64,000 nt of DNA from Alphaproteobacteria bacterium (GTDB taxonomy: Bacteria; Pseudomonadota; Alphaproteobacteria; JAJFFI01), in NCBI GenBank assembly GCA_030066595.1, contig JASJBI010000036.1:10456-74455 (forward strand). Reading direction: 5' to 3'. The translations under genes were made by a program, and so were the position numbers. Below, in pieces: positions 24,298-34,464 of the stretch (within the stretch, counting starts at the first letter, position 1; each line of letters begins with the position of its first letter). The notes under the pieces were generated by a model. The model saw nothing but the letters and a program-made list of their open reading frames with translations, had not been told where the DNA came from and searched no databases.

Positions 24298-25080
24298 ATG
24301 AAGGTCTGCCGACATCTCACTCTGTTGGCGGGCCTTTTCTTCTGCGCGCCCCTGCCGGTTGCGGCCGAGAGCACGTCCCTCACCGACGACGACCTGGTCC
24401 GCAATTTCGGCATCATCGCCTTCGGCGACGAGTTTCGCGAGGTCAAGGACCCGCGCCTGATCAAGTGGACCAAGCCGCTCAAGGTCTATACCCGGATCGA
24501 GGCGCCAATGGGCGCGGCCGATCTGGCCTTTCTGGATGACCATCTCGGGCGGCTCCGGGCGATTACCGGTATCACCATCGACCAGGTCAAGTCCGAGAAG
24601 GACGCGAACTTCGTGATCGTCTTCACCAACGAGTCCAAGTTCAGCGACCTGGCCATGAACCACTTGGGCGTGTCCGACCGACGGCGCCGCGCGGACATGG
24701 GCCGGCGCATCGCCAACAGCAACTGTGTGGCCTATTTCCGCAGCGACAACCGCAGCTATACGATCCACGAGGCGATGATCCTGATCCCGGTGGACCGGGC
24801 CAAGAGCCGCGGCATACTGGATCTGTGCATCGTCGAGGAGACCTCGCAGGCTATGGGGCTGCCCAACGACTCGGACGACGTCAACCCCTCGATCTTCAAC
24901 GACAGCAGCCCGCTCTCGGACCTGACCGAGCACGACATCATGCTGTTGAAGATGCTCTACGACCCGCGCATGACGCCGGGCATGCGCCAGGTCGAGGCGC
25001 TGGCAATGGCGCAAGAGATCCTGCCGAACATCCGCCGGCTCAAGCCGGTCCGGCGGCCGCCGCTTACGGGCTCTCCATGA
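24298..25080 (+). CDS. DUF2927-like secreted protein
   Basis: Signal peptide, then ..IVEETSQAMGLPNDSDD..PSIFND..LT.HDIMLLKMLYDPR.. (recalled DUF2927 pattern). Confidence 0.65.
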   Translation: MKVCRHLTLLAGLFFCAPLPVAAESTSLTDDDLVRNFGIIAFGDEFREVKDPRLIKWTKPLKVYTRIEAPMGAADLAFLDDHLGRLRAITGITIDQVKSEKDANFVIVFTNESKFSDLAMNHLGVSDRRRRADMGRRIANSNCVAYFRSDNRSYTIHEAMILIPVDRAKSRGILDLCIVEETSQAMGLPNDSDDVNPSIFNDSSPLSDLTEHDIMLLKMLYDPRMTPGMRQVEALAMAQEILPNIRRLKPVRRPPLTGSP

Positions 25081-25486
25081 TCTCGCGCGCCCGGGCGGCC
25101 ACGTCCTCGGGCAGCGCCATCCCCTCTCGGCTCTCTAGGTTCAGGCACACGCCGACCACGTTGGCCTCCATGACGACCTCGCCGGTGGCGACCTTCTTCA
25201 TGCGGTGATGGAAGGTCACGGACTTGGTGCCGACCCGGTGGATCGTGCTCTCGACCCGATAGGCGTCGCCGACATTGAGCTCGATGGGGAAGTCGAACTC
25301 CATGCGCACCGCGGCCAGCGCGATCGGCGGATCGCGCTCCACCTCGGGCCCCAGCCCGAGATGAATGAACATCTGGAAGGCGGCGTCGCTGACCGCCGCC
25401 ATGTGATGCTGGACGTTCATATGGCCGAGCTGGTCGCACTGCCAGGGGTTCACCGCCGCCCGATAGGTCTCGAAGTATTTCGGCAT
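25064..25486 (-). CDS. Hotdog-fold acyl-CoA thioesterase (4HBT/YbgC-like)
   Basis: ..V.PWQCDQLGHMNVQHH.. is typical of 4HBT thioesterases. Convergent 17-nt overlap with the previous gene. Confidence 0.75.
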   Translation of the reverse strand: MPKYFETYRAAVNPWQCDQLGHMNVQHHMAAVSDAAFQMFIHLGLGPEVERDPPIALAAVRMEFDFPIELNVGDAYRVESTIHRVGTKSVTFHHRMKKVATGEVVMEANVVGVCLNLESREGMALPEDVAARAREIMESP

Positions 25487-25503
25487 GTCCCGCTCTATCC
25501 CCC

Positions 25504-25530
25504 ACGAAAAAGGCCTCGCGAGGAGGCCTT
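25504..25530 (-). terminator. Rho-independent terminator downstream of rpsD
   Basis: The minus strand reads aaggcctc-ctcgc-gaggcctt followed by ttttt. Confidence 0.6.
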
Positions 25531-25572
25531 CTCGTTCAGCCCAATGCGGTCACCGCATGACGCGACGGACCG

Positions 25573-26190
25573 TTAGCGCGAATAGTACTCGGTCACTAGG
25601 TTGGGCTCCATGCGCACCGGATAGGGTACGTCGGCGAGCCCCGGTCCGCGCACGAACCGGCCCTTCATCTTGTTGTAGTCGACCTCGATATAGTCGGGCA
25701 CGTCGCGCTCGGACGACGCGATCGATTCCAGGACGATGGCCAGATCCTTGGATTTCTCCTTGATCTCGACCTCGTCGCCGTCGCGCACCTGGAAGGACGG
25801 GACGTTGACCCGCCGCCCGTTGACCCGGATGTGACCGTGGTTGATGAACTGGCGGGCGGCGAACACGGTCGGCACGAACTTCATGCGATAAATCACCGCG
25901 TCCAGCCGCCGTTCCAAGAGCTCGATCAGGTTCTCGCCGGTGTCGCCGCGGCGGCGCACGGCCTCCTCATAAACGCGGCGGAACTGGCGTTCGGTGATGT
26001 TGCCGTAATAGCCCTTGAGCTTCTGCTTGGCCTGTAGCTGGACGCCGAAGTCCGAGAGCTTGCGGCGGCGCGCCTGGCCGTGCTGGCCGGGGCCGTATTC
26101 GCGGCGGTTGTAAGGGCTTTTCGGCCGGCCCCAGAGGTTGACCCCGAGGCGGCGGTTGATCTTGTACTTCGAGTTCTCTCTCTTGCTCAT
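25573..26190 (-). CDS. rpsD: 30S ribosomal protein S4
   Basis: [22 protein letters not shown]...YGPGQHGQ.. . SD AGAGGAG upstream of the ATG at 26190. Confidence 0.95.
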   Translation of the reverse strand: MSKRENSKYKINRRLGVNLWGRPKSPYNRREYGPGQHGQARRRKLSDFGVQLQAKQKLKGYYGNITERQFRRVYEEAVRRRGDTGENLIELLERRLDAVIYRMKFVPTVFAARQFINHGHIRVNGRRVNVPSFQVRDGDEVEIKEKSKDLAIVLESIASSERDVPDYIEVDYNKMKGRFVRGPGLADVPYPVRMEPNLVTEYYSR

Positions 26191-26343
26191 GGCTCCTCTT
26201 TCTCCCGGTGCGTCCCGGTGTTGTTCATGTCCAGATAGGCTCCCCGACGCGGCCGGGGAACGGGGCGGACCGCCCACGTTTTCTGGAATGCCGCGGTTTA
26301 TATGGGTCTTGGGGGTGGCCTGTCAAACCCTTCCGAGGGGGAT

Positions 26344-27108
26344 TCAGTCCCGGTGCCGGCGGGTGGTCAGGCAGGTGATGATGCCGCGGAGCGTCTTGAC
26401 CTCCTGCTCCATCAGCCCGGCGCGCTGGAAGATGTTGCGGATGTTGCGGACCATGCTGGGCCGCTTCTCCCGGACCCTGAGAAAGCCGCAGGCGTCGAGC
26501 TCGCCCTCCAGGTGCTCGAACAGCCCCATGAGGTCGGCCTTGCTGGCCGGGCCGGTCACCCCCTGGACGACCTGGCGGTCGGGGGTGGCCGCACCCGCCT
26601 GATACCACTCATAGGCCACCAAGAGGACCGCCTGGGCCAGGTTCAGGGACTTGTAGGCCGGGTTGAGCGGCGCCTCGATGATCCGGTCCGCGAGCGCCAT
26701 GTCGTCATTGGTGAGGCCCGCGCGCTCGGGCCCGAACAAGACCCCGATCCGCGCCCCGGCCGCGGACTGGGCGCGCATTTGGGCGGCCGCCGCCCGCGGG
26801 GTCAGGATCTCCTGGATCATGTCGCGCCGGCGCGCCGTGGCGGCGTAGACCTGGGTCAGGTCGGCGATGGCGTCGGCGGTGCTGTCGAACACCCGGGCCG
26901 CCTCGATCACGATGTCGGCGCCCGAGGCCGCCTTGACCGCCCAGTCGTTCGGCCAGCCCTCGCGGGGGCGCACCAGGCGCAGATCGGTGAGGCCGCAGTT
27001 CCACATGGCCCGGGCCGCAGTGCCGATGTTCTGGCCGAGCTGGGGCTGGACCAGCACGATGGCCGGCCCGCCGGTCACCGGTTCCTGGGTCTTGTCGGTG
27101 CCGGACAC
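26344..27108 (-). CDS. SpoU/TrmH-family RNA 2'-O-methyltransferase (TrmJ-like)
   Basis: ..IVLV.PQ...NIG..ARAM.N.G...L.LV.P.., ..FG.E..GL.N.. SPOUT motifs. Confidence 0.8.
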   Translation of the reverse strand: MSGTDKTQEPVTGGPAIVLVQPQLGQNIGTAARAMWNCGLTDLRLVRPREGWPNDWAVKAASGADIVIEAARVFDSTADAIADLTQVYAATARRRDMIQEILTPRAAAAQMRAQSAAGARIGVLFGPERAGLTNDDMALADRIIEAPLNPAYKSLNLAQAVLLVAYEWYQAGAATPDRQVVQGVTGPASKADLMGLFEHLEGELDACGFLRVREKRPSMVRNIRNIFQRAGLMEQEVKTLRGIITCLTTRRHRD

Positions 27109-27118
27109 GGGCCTGCTC

Positions 27119-28726
<1,608 letters not shown>

Positions 28727-28773
28727 TCGATTACTTGCCTTTTTTCACAGTACGAACAGCATTTCTATGTCAG

Positions 28774-28820
28774 TTCACCCTGAGGAACGAGCGAAGCGAG
28801 TGTCTCGAAGGGTGAAGTGA
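28774..28820. repeat. Left copy of ~47-bp direct repeat flanking the GIY-YIG gene (itself an inverted-repeat unit tcaccctgagg..cgaagggtga)
   Basis: ttcaccctgaggaacgagcgaagcgagtgtctcgaagggtgaagtga versus 29291-29337 ttcatcctcaggaacgagcacagcgagtgtatccaagggtgaagtgg (about 85 percent identical, same orientation). Confidence 0.75.
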
Positions 28821-28843
28821 ACCACTCTTCCGGAAACCCATGT

Positions 28844-29143
28844 TCACTCCACCCGAGCAACCTTGCTTCTACGGGCCAGACGTCGGATCTGCTCGAAATC
28901 CCCACGGATCAGTGCTTCCTTCTTGGCTCGGTTCCACCCTTTGATCTGTCGCTCCGTCGCATTCGCATCGGTATACCTGGCGAACTCCTGTTGCCAGACC
29001 ACCTCGACCGGTCTGCGGGACGAAGTGAACCCGCCGTATTTCCCTGCATTGTGCTCGGCAACGCGGCTCTCCAGCGAGGACTGCGTCTTGCCGACGTAAT
29101 AGCTGCCGTCTGCGCAGCGCAGCATGTAAACGTATGAAGGCAT
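28844..29143 (-). CDS. Stand-alone GIY-YIG nuclease-family protein (99 aa)
   Basis: ..YVYMLRCADGSYYVGKT..L..R..EHN.. and ..ERQIKGW.R.KK.. . GC is lower than in flanking genes. Confidence 0.85.
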   Translation of the reverse strand: MPSYVYMLRCADGSYYVGKTQSSLESRVAEHNAGKYGGFTSSRRPVEVVWQQEFARYTDANATERQIKGWNRAKKEALIRGDFEQIRRLARRSKVARVE

Positions 29144-29173
29144 TTCGGTGCGACGATCCCATCCTTCGAGCGA

Positions 29174-29228
29174 GCCGCCTTCTCCTTCGAGACGCCCGCT
29201 CGCGCGGGCTCCTCAGGATGAAGGCGGC
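29174..29228. repeat. REP-like palindrome (gccgccttc...gaaggcggc type), same family as 2138-2212
   Basis: Arms gccgccttc/gaaggcggc, plus inner ..cttcgagacgcccgc../..gcgggctcctcaggatgaag.. imperfect complementarity. Confidence 0.65.
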
Positions 29229-29290
29229 TTAGTGATTACAGGCCAGCGTCTCCCTCACGTCACTTCATAGCGAGAGCCAACAACAAAAAC

Positions 29291-29337
29291 TTCATCCTCA
29301 GGAACGAGCACAGCGAGTGTATCCAAGGGTGAAGTGG
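29291..29337. repeat. Right copy of ~47-bp direct repeat flanking the GIY-YIG gene
   Basis: See 28774-28820. Confidence 0.75.
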
Positions 29338-29352
29338 ACACATTAACAATGC

Positions 29353-30774
29353 TCATCCGGCGCGCCTCCAGGTGGTGCCGTCCGGGCCGTCCTCGAGGAC
29401 CACGCCCATTTCTTCAAGCTCGTCGCGGATGCGATCGGCCTCGGCGAAATCCTTGGCCTTGCGCGCCCCTTCGCGCCGGGCGATCAGGTCCTCGATCTCG
29501 GCCACGCCCTCGGCGCCCGCGCCCTTGAACCAGACCTCGGGGTCTTGCTGCAGCAGACCCAGCAATCCTGCCGCATGTTCAAGTCGATACTTTACCTGCC
29601 CCAGATCGACGGACACCTGCTCTCCAGATATCTCGCTCTTCAGGTCCCAGGGTTCAAAAACATACTTGGCGAGCAGATGAATGCGGCTGATGGCCAAGGG
29701 TGTGTTCAGGTCATCATCAAGATCATCGGTAACCGTGCTTCTCGGCTGCTCAATTGGCAGTGGATCATCGCATGGGATCGCCATCACGTCTTTCAGGGCT
29801 TCGACTGCGCGGTACAGGTAATCCAGCTCTGCCTTGGCTTCCCTAAGCCTCTCCTTCGTGAAATCGAGCGGCTGGCGGTAGTGGGTCTTGAGCAGCAAGA
29901 GCCGGATCGCCTCGCCCGGGAATTCCTCGAGCAGCTCGTGCACGGTGTAGAAGTTGCCGAGCGACTTGGACATCTTCTCGCCCTCGGCCATGAGATAGCC
30001 GTTGTGCACCCAGTACTTGGCGAAGATGTGCTCGGGTTCGGCGCAGCGGCTTTGCGCGATCTCGTTCTCATGGTGGGGAAAGATCAGGTCCTGGCCGCCG
30101 CCGTGGATGTCGAAATCCAGGCCGAGATGCTTGCCGCTCATCGCCGAGCATTCCAAATGCCAGCCGGGCCGGCCGCGGCCCCAGGGGCTCTCCCAGCCGG
30201 GCTGTTCGTCCGTGCTCGGCTTCCAGAGCACGAAATCGGCCGGGTCCTTCTTGTAGGGGGCCACCTCGACCCGGGCGCCCGCGACGATGTCCTCCCGCTT
30301 GTTGCGGGACAGGCCGCCATAGTCGGGCCAGGAGGGCACGTCGAAGAGCACATGCCCGTCCGCGGCATAGGCATGGCCTGCTTCGATCAACTGCTCGATC
30401 ATGGCGATCATTTCGGGGATATGCTCGGTCGCCCGCGGCTCGATGTCCGGGTCGAGCGCGCCGAGCGCCGCCATGTCTTCATGGAAGGCCTTGGTGGTCC
30501 GGGTCGTGACCTGCTCGATGGTCTCGCCGGTCTCCTTGGCGGCGTTGATGATCTTGTCGTCCACGTCGGTGATGTTGCGGACGTAGGTCACCTTCGGATA
30601 GTGCTGCCTCAAGAGCCGGTACAGCACGTCGAACACCACCACCGGCCGGGCGTTGCCGATATGGGCGTAGTCGTACACGGTGGGCCCGCAGACGTACATA
30701 CGTACGTTCCCCGGATCGATCGGCTCGAAGTCCTCCTTCCGCCGCGTCAGCGTGTTGTAGAGACGAAGACCCAT
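29353..30774 (-). CDS. cysS: Cysteine--tRNA ligase
   Basis: ..[18 protein letters not shown].. (HIGH) and ..KMSKSLGN.. (KMSKS). Confidence 0.95.
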   Translation of the reverse strand: MGLRLYNTLTRRKEDFEPIDPGNVRMYVCGPTVYDYAHIGNARPVVVFDVLYRLLRQHYPKVTYVRNITDVDDKIINAAKETGETIEQVTTRTTKAFHEDMAALGALDPDIEPRATEHIPEMIAMIEQLIEAGHAYAADGHVLFDVPSWPDYGGLSRNKREDIVAGARVEVAPYKKDPADFVLWKPSTDEQPGWESPWGRGRPGWHLECSAMSGKHLGLDFDIHGGGQDLIFPHHENEIAQSRCAEPEHIFAKYWVHNGYLMAEGEKMSKSLGNFYTVHELLEEFPGEAIRLLLLKTHYRQPLDFTKERLREAKAELDYLYRAVEALKDVMAIPCDDPLPIEQPRSTVTDDLDDDLNTPLAISRIHLLAKYVFEPWDLKSEISGEQVSVDLGQVKYRLEHAAGLLGLLQQDPEVWFKGAGAEGVAEIEDLIARREGARKAKDFAEADRIRDELEEMGVVLEDGPDGTTWRRAG

Positions 30775-30884
30775 ATCCCGTTAACTTACTGAAATTCCTA
30801 TATTTTCCTCAAAGCGCCGAGCCGCGCCCGGCGCCGCATAGGCGTATCAGAACTTCCCCCTCAGGTCCACGGCCGCGCCGGGGC

Positions 30885-32546
30885 TCAGAGCAGGCTCTTG
30901 AAGGTGTTGGTGATCGGATAGCGGCGGTCGCGGCCGAAGGCGCGGCTGGTGATCTTGACCCCCGGCGGCGCCTGGCGGCGCTTGTACTCGGCCACGTCCA
31001 GCATGCGCCAGACCTTCTGCACCACCGTCCGCTCGTGGCCGCGGCCGACGATCTCCTCGATGCCCATCTCGGCCTCGATCAGGCAGGTGAGGATATCGTC
31101 CAGCTCCTCGTAGGGCGGCAGCGTGTCCTGGTCGGTCTGGTCGGGCTTGAGCTCGGCCGAGGGCGCCTTGGTCAGGATCCGCTCGGGCATGACCCGGCCC
31201 TCGGGGCCCATGGCACCCGCGGGCTTCTGCTGGTTGCGCCAGGCCGAGAGCTCATAGACCTTGGTCTTGTAGACGTCCTTGAGCACGGAATAGCCGCCGC
31301 ACATGTCGCCGTAGAGGGTGGCGTAGCCGACCGACATCTCCGACTTGTTGCCGGTCGACAGCACCATGTGCCCGAACTTGTTGGAGAGCGCCATCAGCGT
31401 CAGGCCGCGCGATCGGGCCTGAATGTTCTCCTCGGTGATGTCCGGCGGCAGCGCGTCGAAGGCGGGAGAGAGCATGTCGTCGAAGGCGGCCATGGCCGGC
31501 TCGATCGAGATCACCTCCTCCGGCACGCCGAGCAGGCGGCTGGTCTCCGCTGCATCCTCGAGGCTCTCGCTCGCGGTGAAGGGCGAGGGCATCATCACGC
31601 AGCGCACCTTGTCCGCGCCCAGCGCGTCCACCGCCACGGCCGCGGTCAGCGCCGAATCGATGCCGCCGGAGAGCCCGATGATCACCCCCGGAAAGCCGTT
31701 CTTGCCGACATAGTCGCGCAGGCCCAGCATCATCGCCTGGTAGATCCCGCTCAGGCCGTCGGGCGGAGCCGCCACATCGCCCTTGTCGCAGGCCCAGCCC
31801 GCCTCGCCGCGGCGCCAGTGGGTCACGGCGACCCGCTCCCGCCAGCAGGGCAGCTGGGCGGCCAGCGCCCGGTCGCCGTTCAGCACGAAGGAGGCGCCGT
31901 CGAAGACCAGCTCGTCCTGTCCGCCCACCTGGTTCACATAGACCAGCGGCAGGCCGGACTCGGTGACCCGGGCGACGGCGTAGACCAGGCGCGAGTCGGC
32001 CTTGTCGGTCTCGAAGGGCGAGCCGTTCAACACCGCGAGGATCTCGGCACCCGATTCCTCGAGGCACTCGGCGACGTCCTCGGCCCACATGTCTTCGCAG
32101 ACCATTACGCCGAGCCGCACGCCGCGCAGGTTGACCGGGCCCGGCAGCGGGCCCGCCTGGAACACGCGCTTCTCGTCGAACACGCCATAGTTCGGCAGAT
32201 CGTGCTTGAAGCGCGCCGCGGCGATCTCGCCGCCGTCCAACAGCAGGGAGGCGTTGTAGAGCGCGCCGCCGTCGCGCCAGGGCGCGCCCACCAGCATGGC
32301 CGGCCCGCCGTCCCCGGTCTCGACCGCGAGATGGCGCACCGCCGCCTCGACCCGGTCCTGGAAGAAGGGTTTGAGCACCAGGTCCTCGGGCGGATAGCCC
32401 GAGACCACCAGCTCCGAGTAGACCACGATCTCGGCGTGCTGACGGGCCGCCTGTTCGCGCGCGCGCAGGATCGCCGCCGCGTTGCCGTCGATGTCGCCAA
32501 CCGTCGGATTGATCTGGGCCAGGGCGATGGCAAGGCTGTCCGTCAT
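30885..32546 (-). CDS. nadE: Glutamine-dependent NAD+ synthase (CN-hydrolase plus NAD synthetase domains)
   Basis: N-terminal nitrilase-like domain (..VCEDMW..) and C-terminal ..GLSGGIDSAL.. PP-loop. Confidence 0.9.
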   Translation of the reverse strand: MTDSLAIALAQINPTVGDIDGNAAAILRAREQAARQHAEIVVYSELVVSGYPPEDLVLKPFFQDRVEAAVRHLAVETGDGGPAMLVGAPWRDGGALYNASLLLDGGEIAAARFKHDLPNYGVFDEKRVFQAGPLPGPVNLRGVRLGVMVCEDMWAEDVAECLEESGAEILAVLNGSPFETDKADSRLVYAVARVTESGLPLVYVNQVGGQDELVFDGASFVLNGDRALAAQLPCWRERVAVTHWRRGEAGWACDKGDVAAPPDGLSGIYQAMMLGLRDYVGKNGFPGVIIGLSGGIDSALTAAVAVDALGADKVRCVMMPSPFTASESLEDAAETSRLLGVPEEVISIEPAMAAFDDMLSPAFDALPPDITEENIQARSRGLTLMALSNKFGHMVLSTGNKSEMSVGYATLYGDMCGGYSVLKDVYKTKVYELSAWRNQQKPAGAMGPEGRVMPERILTKAPSAELKPDQTDQDTLPPYEELDDILTCLIEAEMGIEEIVGRGHERTVVQKVWRMLDVAEYKRRQAPPGVKITSRAFGRDRRYPITNTFKSLL

Positions 32547-32798
32547 CACGGTCGCTCGAGCACCCGAACCTGTGAAACTCCGAAAGTACTACACCCGCCG
32601 GGCGGTGCGGAAAAGGCGGCACCTCAGGTCGAGTCGCGGCATGGCAGGCGAGCCGGCCGTCTTTGTGCCTCAATTCAGTGTAGGCATGTCGGGCTCCCAG
32701 GGACAGAGCGGGCTTGCCCCCTGGGCGATTGCGCAAACGCGATCGAGCTCAGAGACAGGCGCCGTCAGGACCGACGCCGCTACGGAAAGCGAGGGATC

Positions 32799-34343
32799 AT
32801 GAAGATCTTCACCGTGCATCCGGGGCCGCTCATGTACACCAAGATCTTCCTCCGGCTCGAGCCGCTGGGCCTCGAGCTGGCGGCGGAAGCCGCCCGCCGC
32901 GCCGGACACGACGTCCGGCTCATGGACCTGCAGGTGGAGTCGCACAAGGCCTATTTCCGGGTCATCGACGACTGGCGCCCCGACGTGGTCGCGTTCTCGT
33001 GCAACTATCTGGCCAACGTCCCAGAGGTCGTCGCGCTCGCCAAGCAGACCAAGGCGTTGCTGCCCGACTGTTTCGTGTTCGTCGGCGGGCACAGCGCCTC
33101 GTTCACCGCGGATGCCATCCTGGAGCATGGCGCCGGCGCGATCGGCTGCGTGCTGCGCGGCGAGGGCGAAGCCGTCATCCCGGAGCTGCTGTTGGCGGTC
33201 GAGCACGACCGGGATGCGGTCGTGCAGGTGCCCGGTGCGGTCACCGCCGCGGGCGAAGGGCCGCCGCCCCGCTTCGTCGAGAGCCTCGACGGTCTCAGGC
33301 CCGCGCGGGACCTGGTCCGGCATCGGCGCAAGTACTTCATTGGGCTCCTGGACCCGGCGGCATCGATCGAGTTCTCGCGCGGCTGTCCCTGGGACTGCAA
33401 TTTCTGCAGCGCCTGGACCTTCTATGGGCGCAGCTACCGCACCGTGAGCCCCGAGGTCGCGGTCGAGGAGCTGGCGCGTATCCGCGAGCCGGGCATTTTC
33501 ATCGTCGACGACGTAGCCTTCATCCAGTCCAGGCACGGCCTTGAGATCGGCGAGGCGATCGCCCGCAAAGGCATCAAGAAGCAGTACTACCTGGAGACCC
33601 GCGGCGACGTCTTGTTGCGCAACAAGGAGGTGTTCACCTTCTGGCGCGATCTCGGCGTGCAGTACATGTTTCTCGGGCTCGAGGCGATCGACGAGGACGG
33701 GCTCCGGAAGTTCCGCAAGCGAACCACGCTCGACCAAAGCTTCGAGGCGCTCGCATTCGCCCGCTCCCTCGGCATCCACGTGGCCATCAATATCATCGCC
33801 GACCCAGGCTGGGACCGGGACCGGTTCGAGGTGGTGCGGCAGTGGATCACGGAGGTGCCCGAGATCGTCAATGTGAGCGTCGCCACCCCTTACCCCGGCA
33901 CCGAGATCTGGCACACGGAGGCGCGCCGGCTGACCACGCGGGACTACCGTCTGTTCGACATCCAGCATGCCGTGGTGCCGACCAAGCTGCCGCTCGCCGA
34001 GTTCTACCGCGAGCTTGTCGAGACCCAGCAGGTCATGAACAAGAAGCATCTGCGCTGGCAGGCGGTGCGGAACCTCGCGCCGGTGCTGCTCGACCGGCTG
34101 CTGCACGGCCAGACCAACTTCTTCCAGATGCTTTGGAAGTTCAACAGCGTCTACAACGCCGATCTGCTGCTGGCCGACCACGACCAGCCGGTCGAGGTGC
34201 AGATCCCGCCACCGCCGGCGCAGCAGGCGACGGTCGACCCGAAATCACTCTATGTGCATGCGTCCCGCGGCCGCCGCGGCCGCGCCATCGACGACGCCAC
34301 CGAACGCTTCGTGGACGAGAGCCGGATGGGCGCCACCGGCTAG
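32799..34343 (+). CDS. B12-binding-domain radical SAM enzyme (class B; possibly hopanoid C-3 methylase HpnR-like)
   Basis: N-terminal Rossmann-like B12 domain (..VVAFSCNYLANVP..FVFVGGH..) and CxxxCxxC ..SRGCPWDCNFCSAW.. . The 5' 588 codons of the annotated 1102-aa ORF are antisense to nadE and are discarded. The ATG at 32799 is used. Confidence 0.85.
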   Translation: MKIFTVHPGPLMYTKIFLRLEPLGLELAAEAARRAGHDVRLMDLQVESHKAYFRVIDDWRPDVVAFSCNYLANVPEVVALAKQTKALLPDCFVFVGGHSASFTADAILEHGAGAIGCVLRGEGEAVIPELLLAVEHDRDAVVQVPGAVTAAGEGPPPRFVESLDGLRPARDLVRHRRKYFIGLLDPAASIEFSRGCPWDCNFCSAWTFYGRSYRTVSPEVAVEELARIREPGIFIVDDVAFIQSRHGLEIGEAIARKGIKKQYYLETRGDVLLRNKEVFTFWRDLGVQYMFLGLEAIDEDGLRKFRKRTTLDQSFEALAFARSLGIHVAINIIADPGWDRDRFEVVRQWITEVPEIVNVSVATPYPGTEIWHTEARRLTTRDYRLFDIQHAVVPTKLPLAEFYRELVETQQVMNKKHLRWQAVRNLAPVLLDRLLHGQTNFFQMLWKFNSVYNADLLLADHDQPVEVQIPPPPAQQATVDPKSLYVHASRGRRGRAIDDATERFVDESRMGATG

Positions 34344-34370
34344 AGCGATTTTGGTTGATACGGATTCGGC

Positions 34371-34442
34371 GCCGGCCCACTCCCCCACCCGGCCACCCAT
34401 AGCTTACGATCCGGTGGGTGGCCGGGTGGGGGAGTGGGCTGG
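34371..34442. repeat. REP-like hairpin with 25-bp perfect stem between convergent genes
   Basis: gcccactcccccacccggccaccca (34374-34398), a loop of about 15 nt, then the exact complement tgggtggccgggtgggggagtgggc. Same family as 11054-11126. Confidence 0.75.
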
Positions 34443-34464
34443 TGCCGTCAAAAACGGAAATGAT

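Noticed and set aside
31035-32798. 5' 588 codons of the annotated 1102-aa plus-strand ORF
   Set aside because: This part is antisense to nadE and has shadow-ORF composition. The radical SAM homology begins only at the ATG at 32799, in the intergenic region.
32550-32798. Possible cobalamin riboswitch upstream of the B12-radical SAM gene
   Set aside because: No B12-box-like (GCCACTG) core or other recognisable riboswitch signature is visible by eye. This cannot be excluded without a covariance-model scan.
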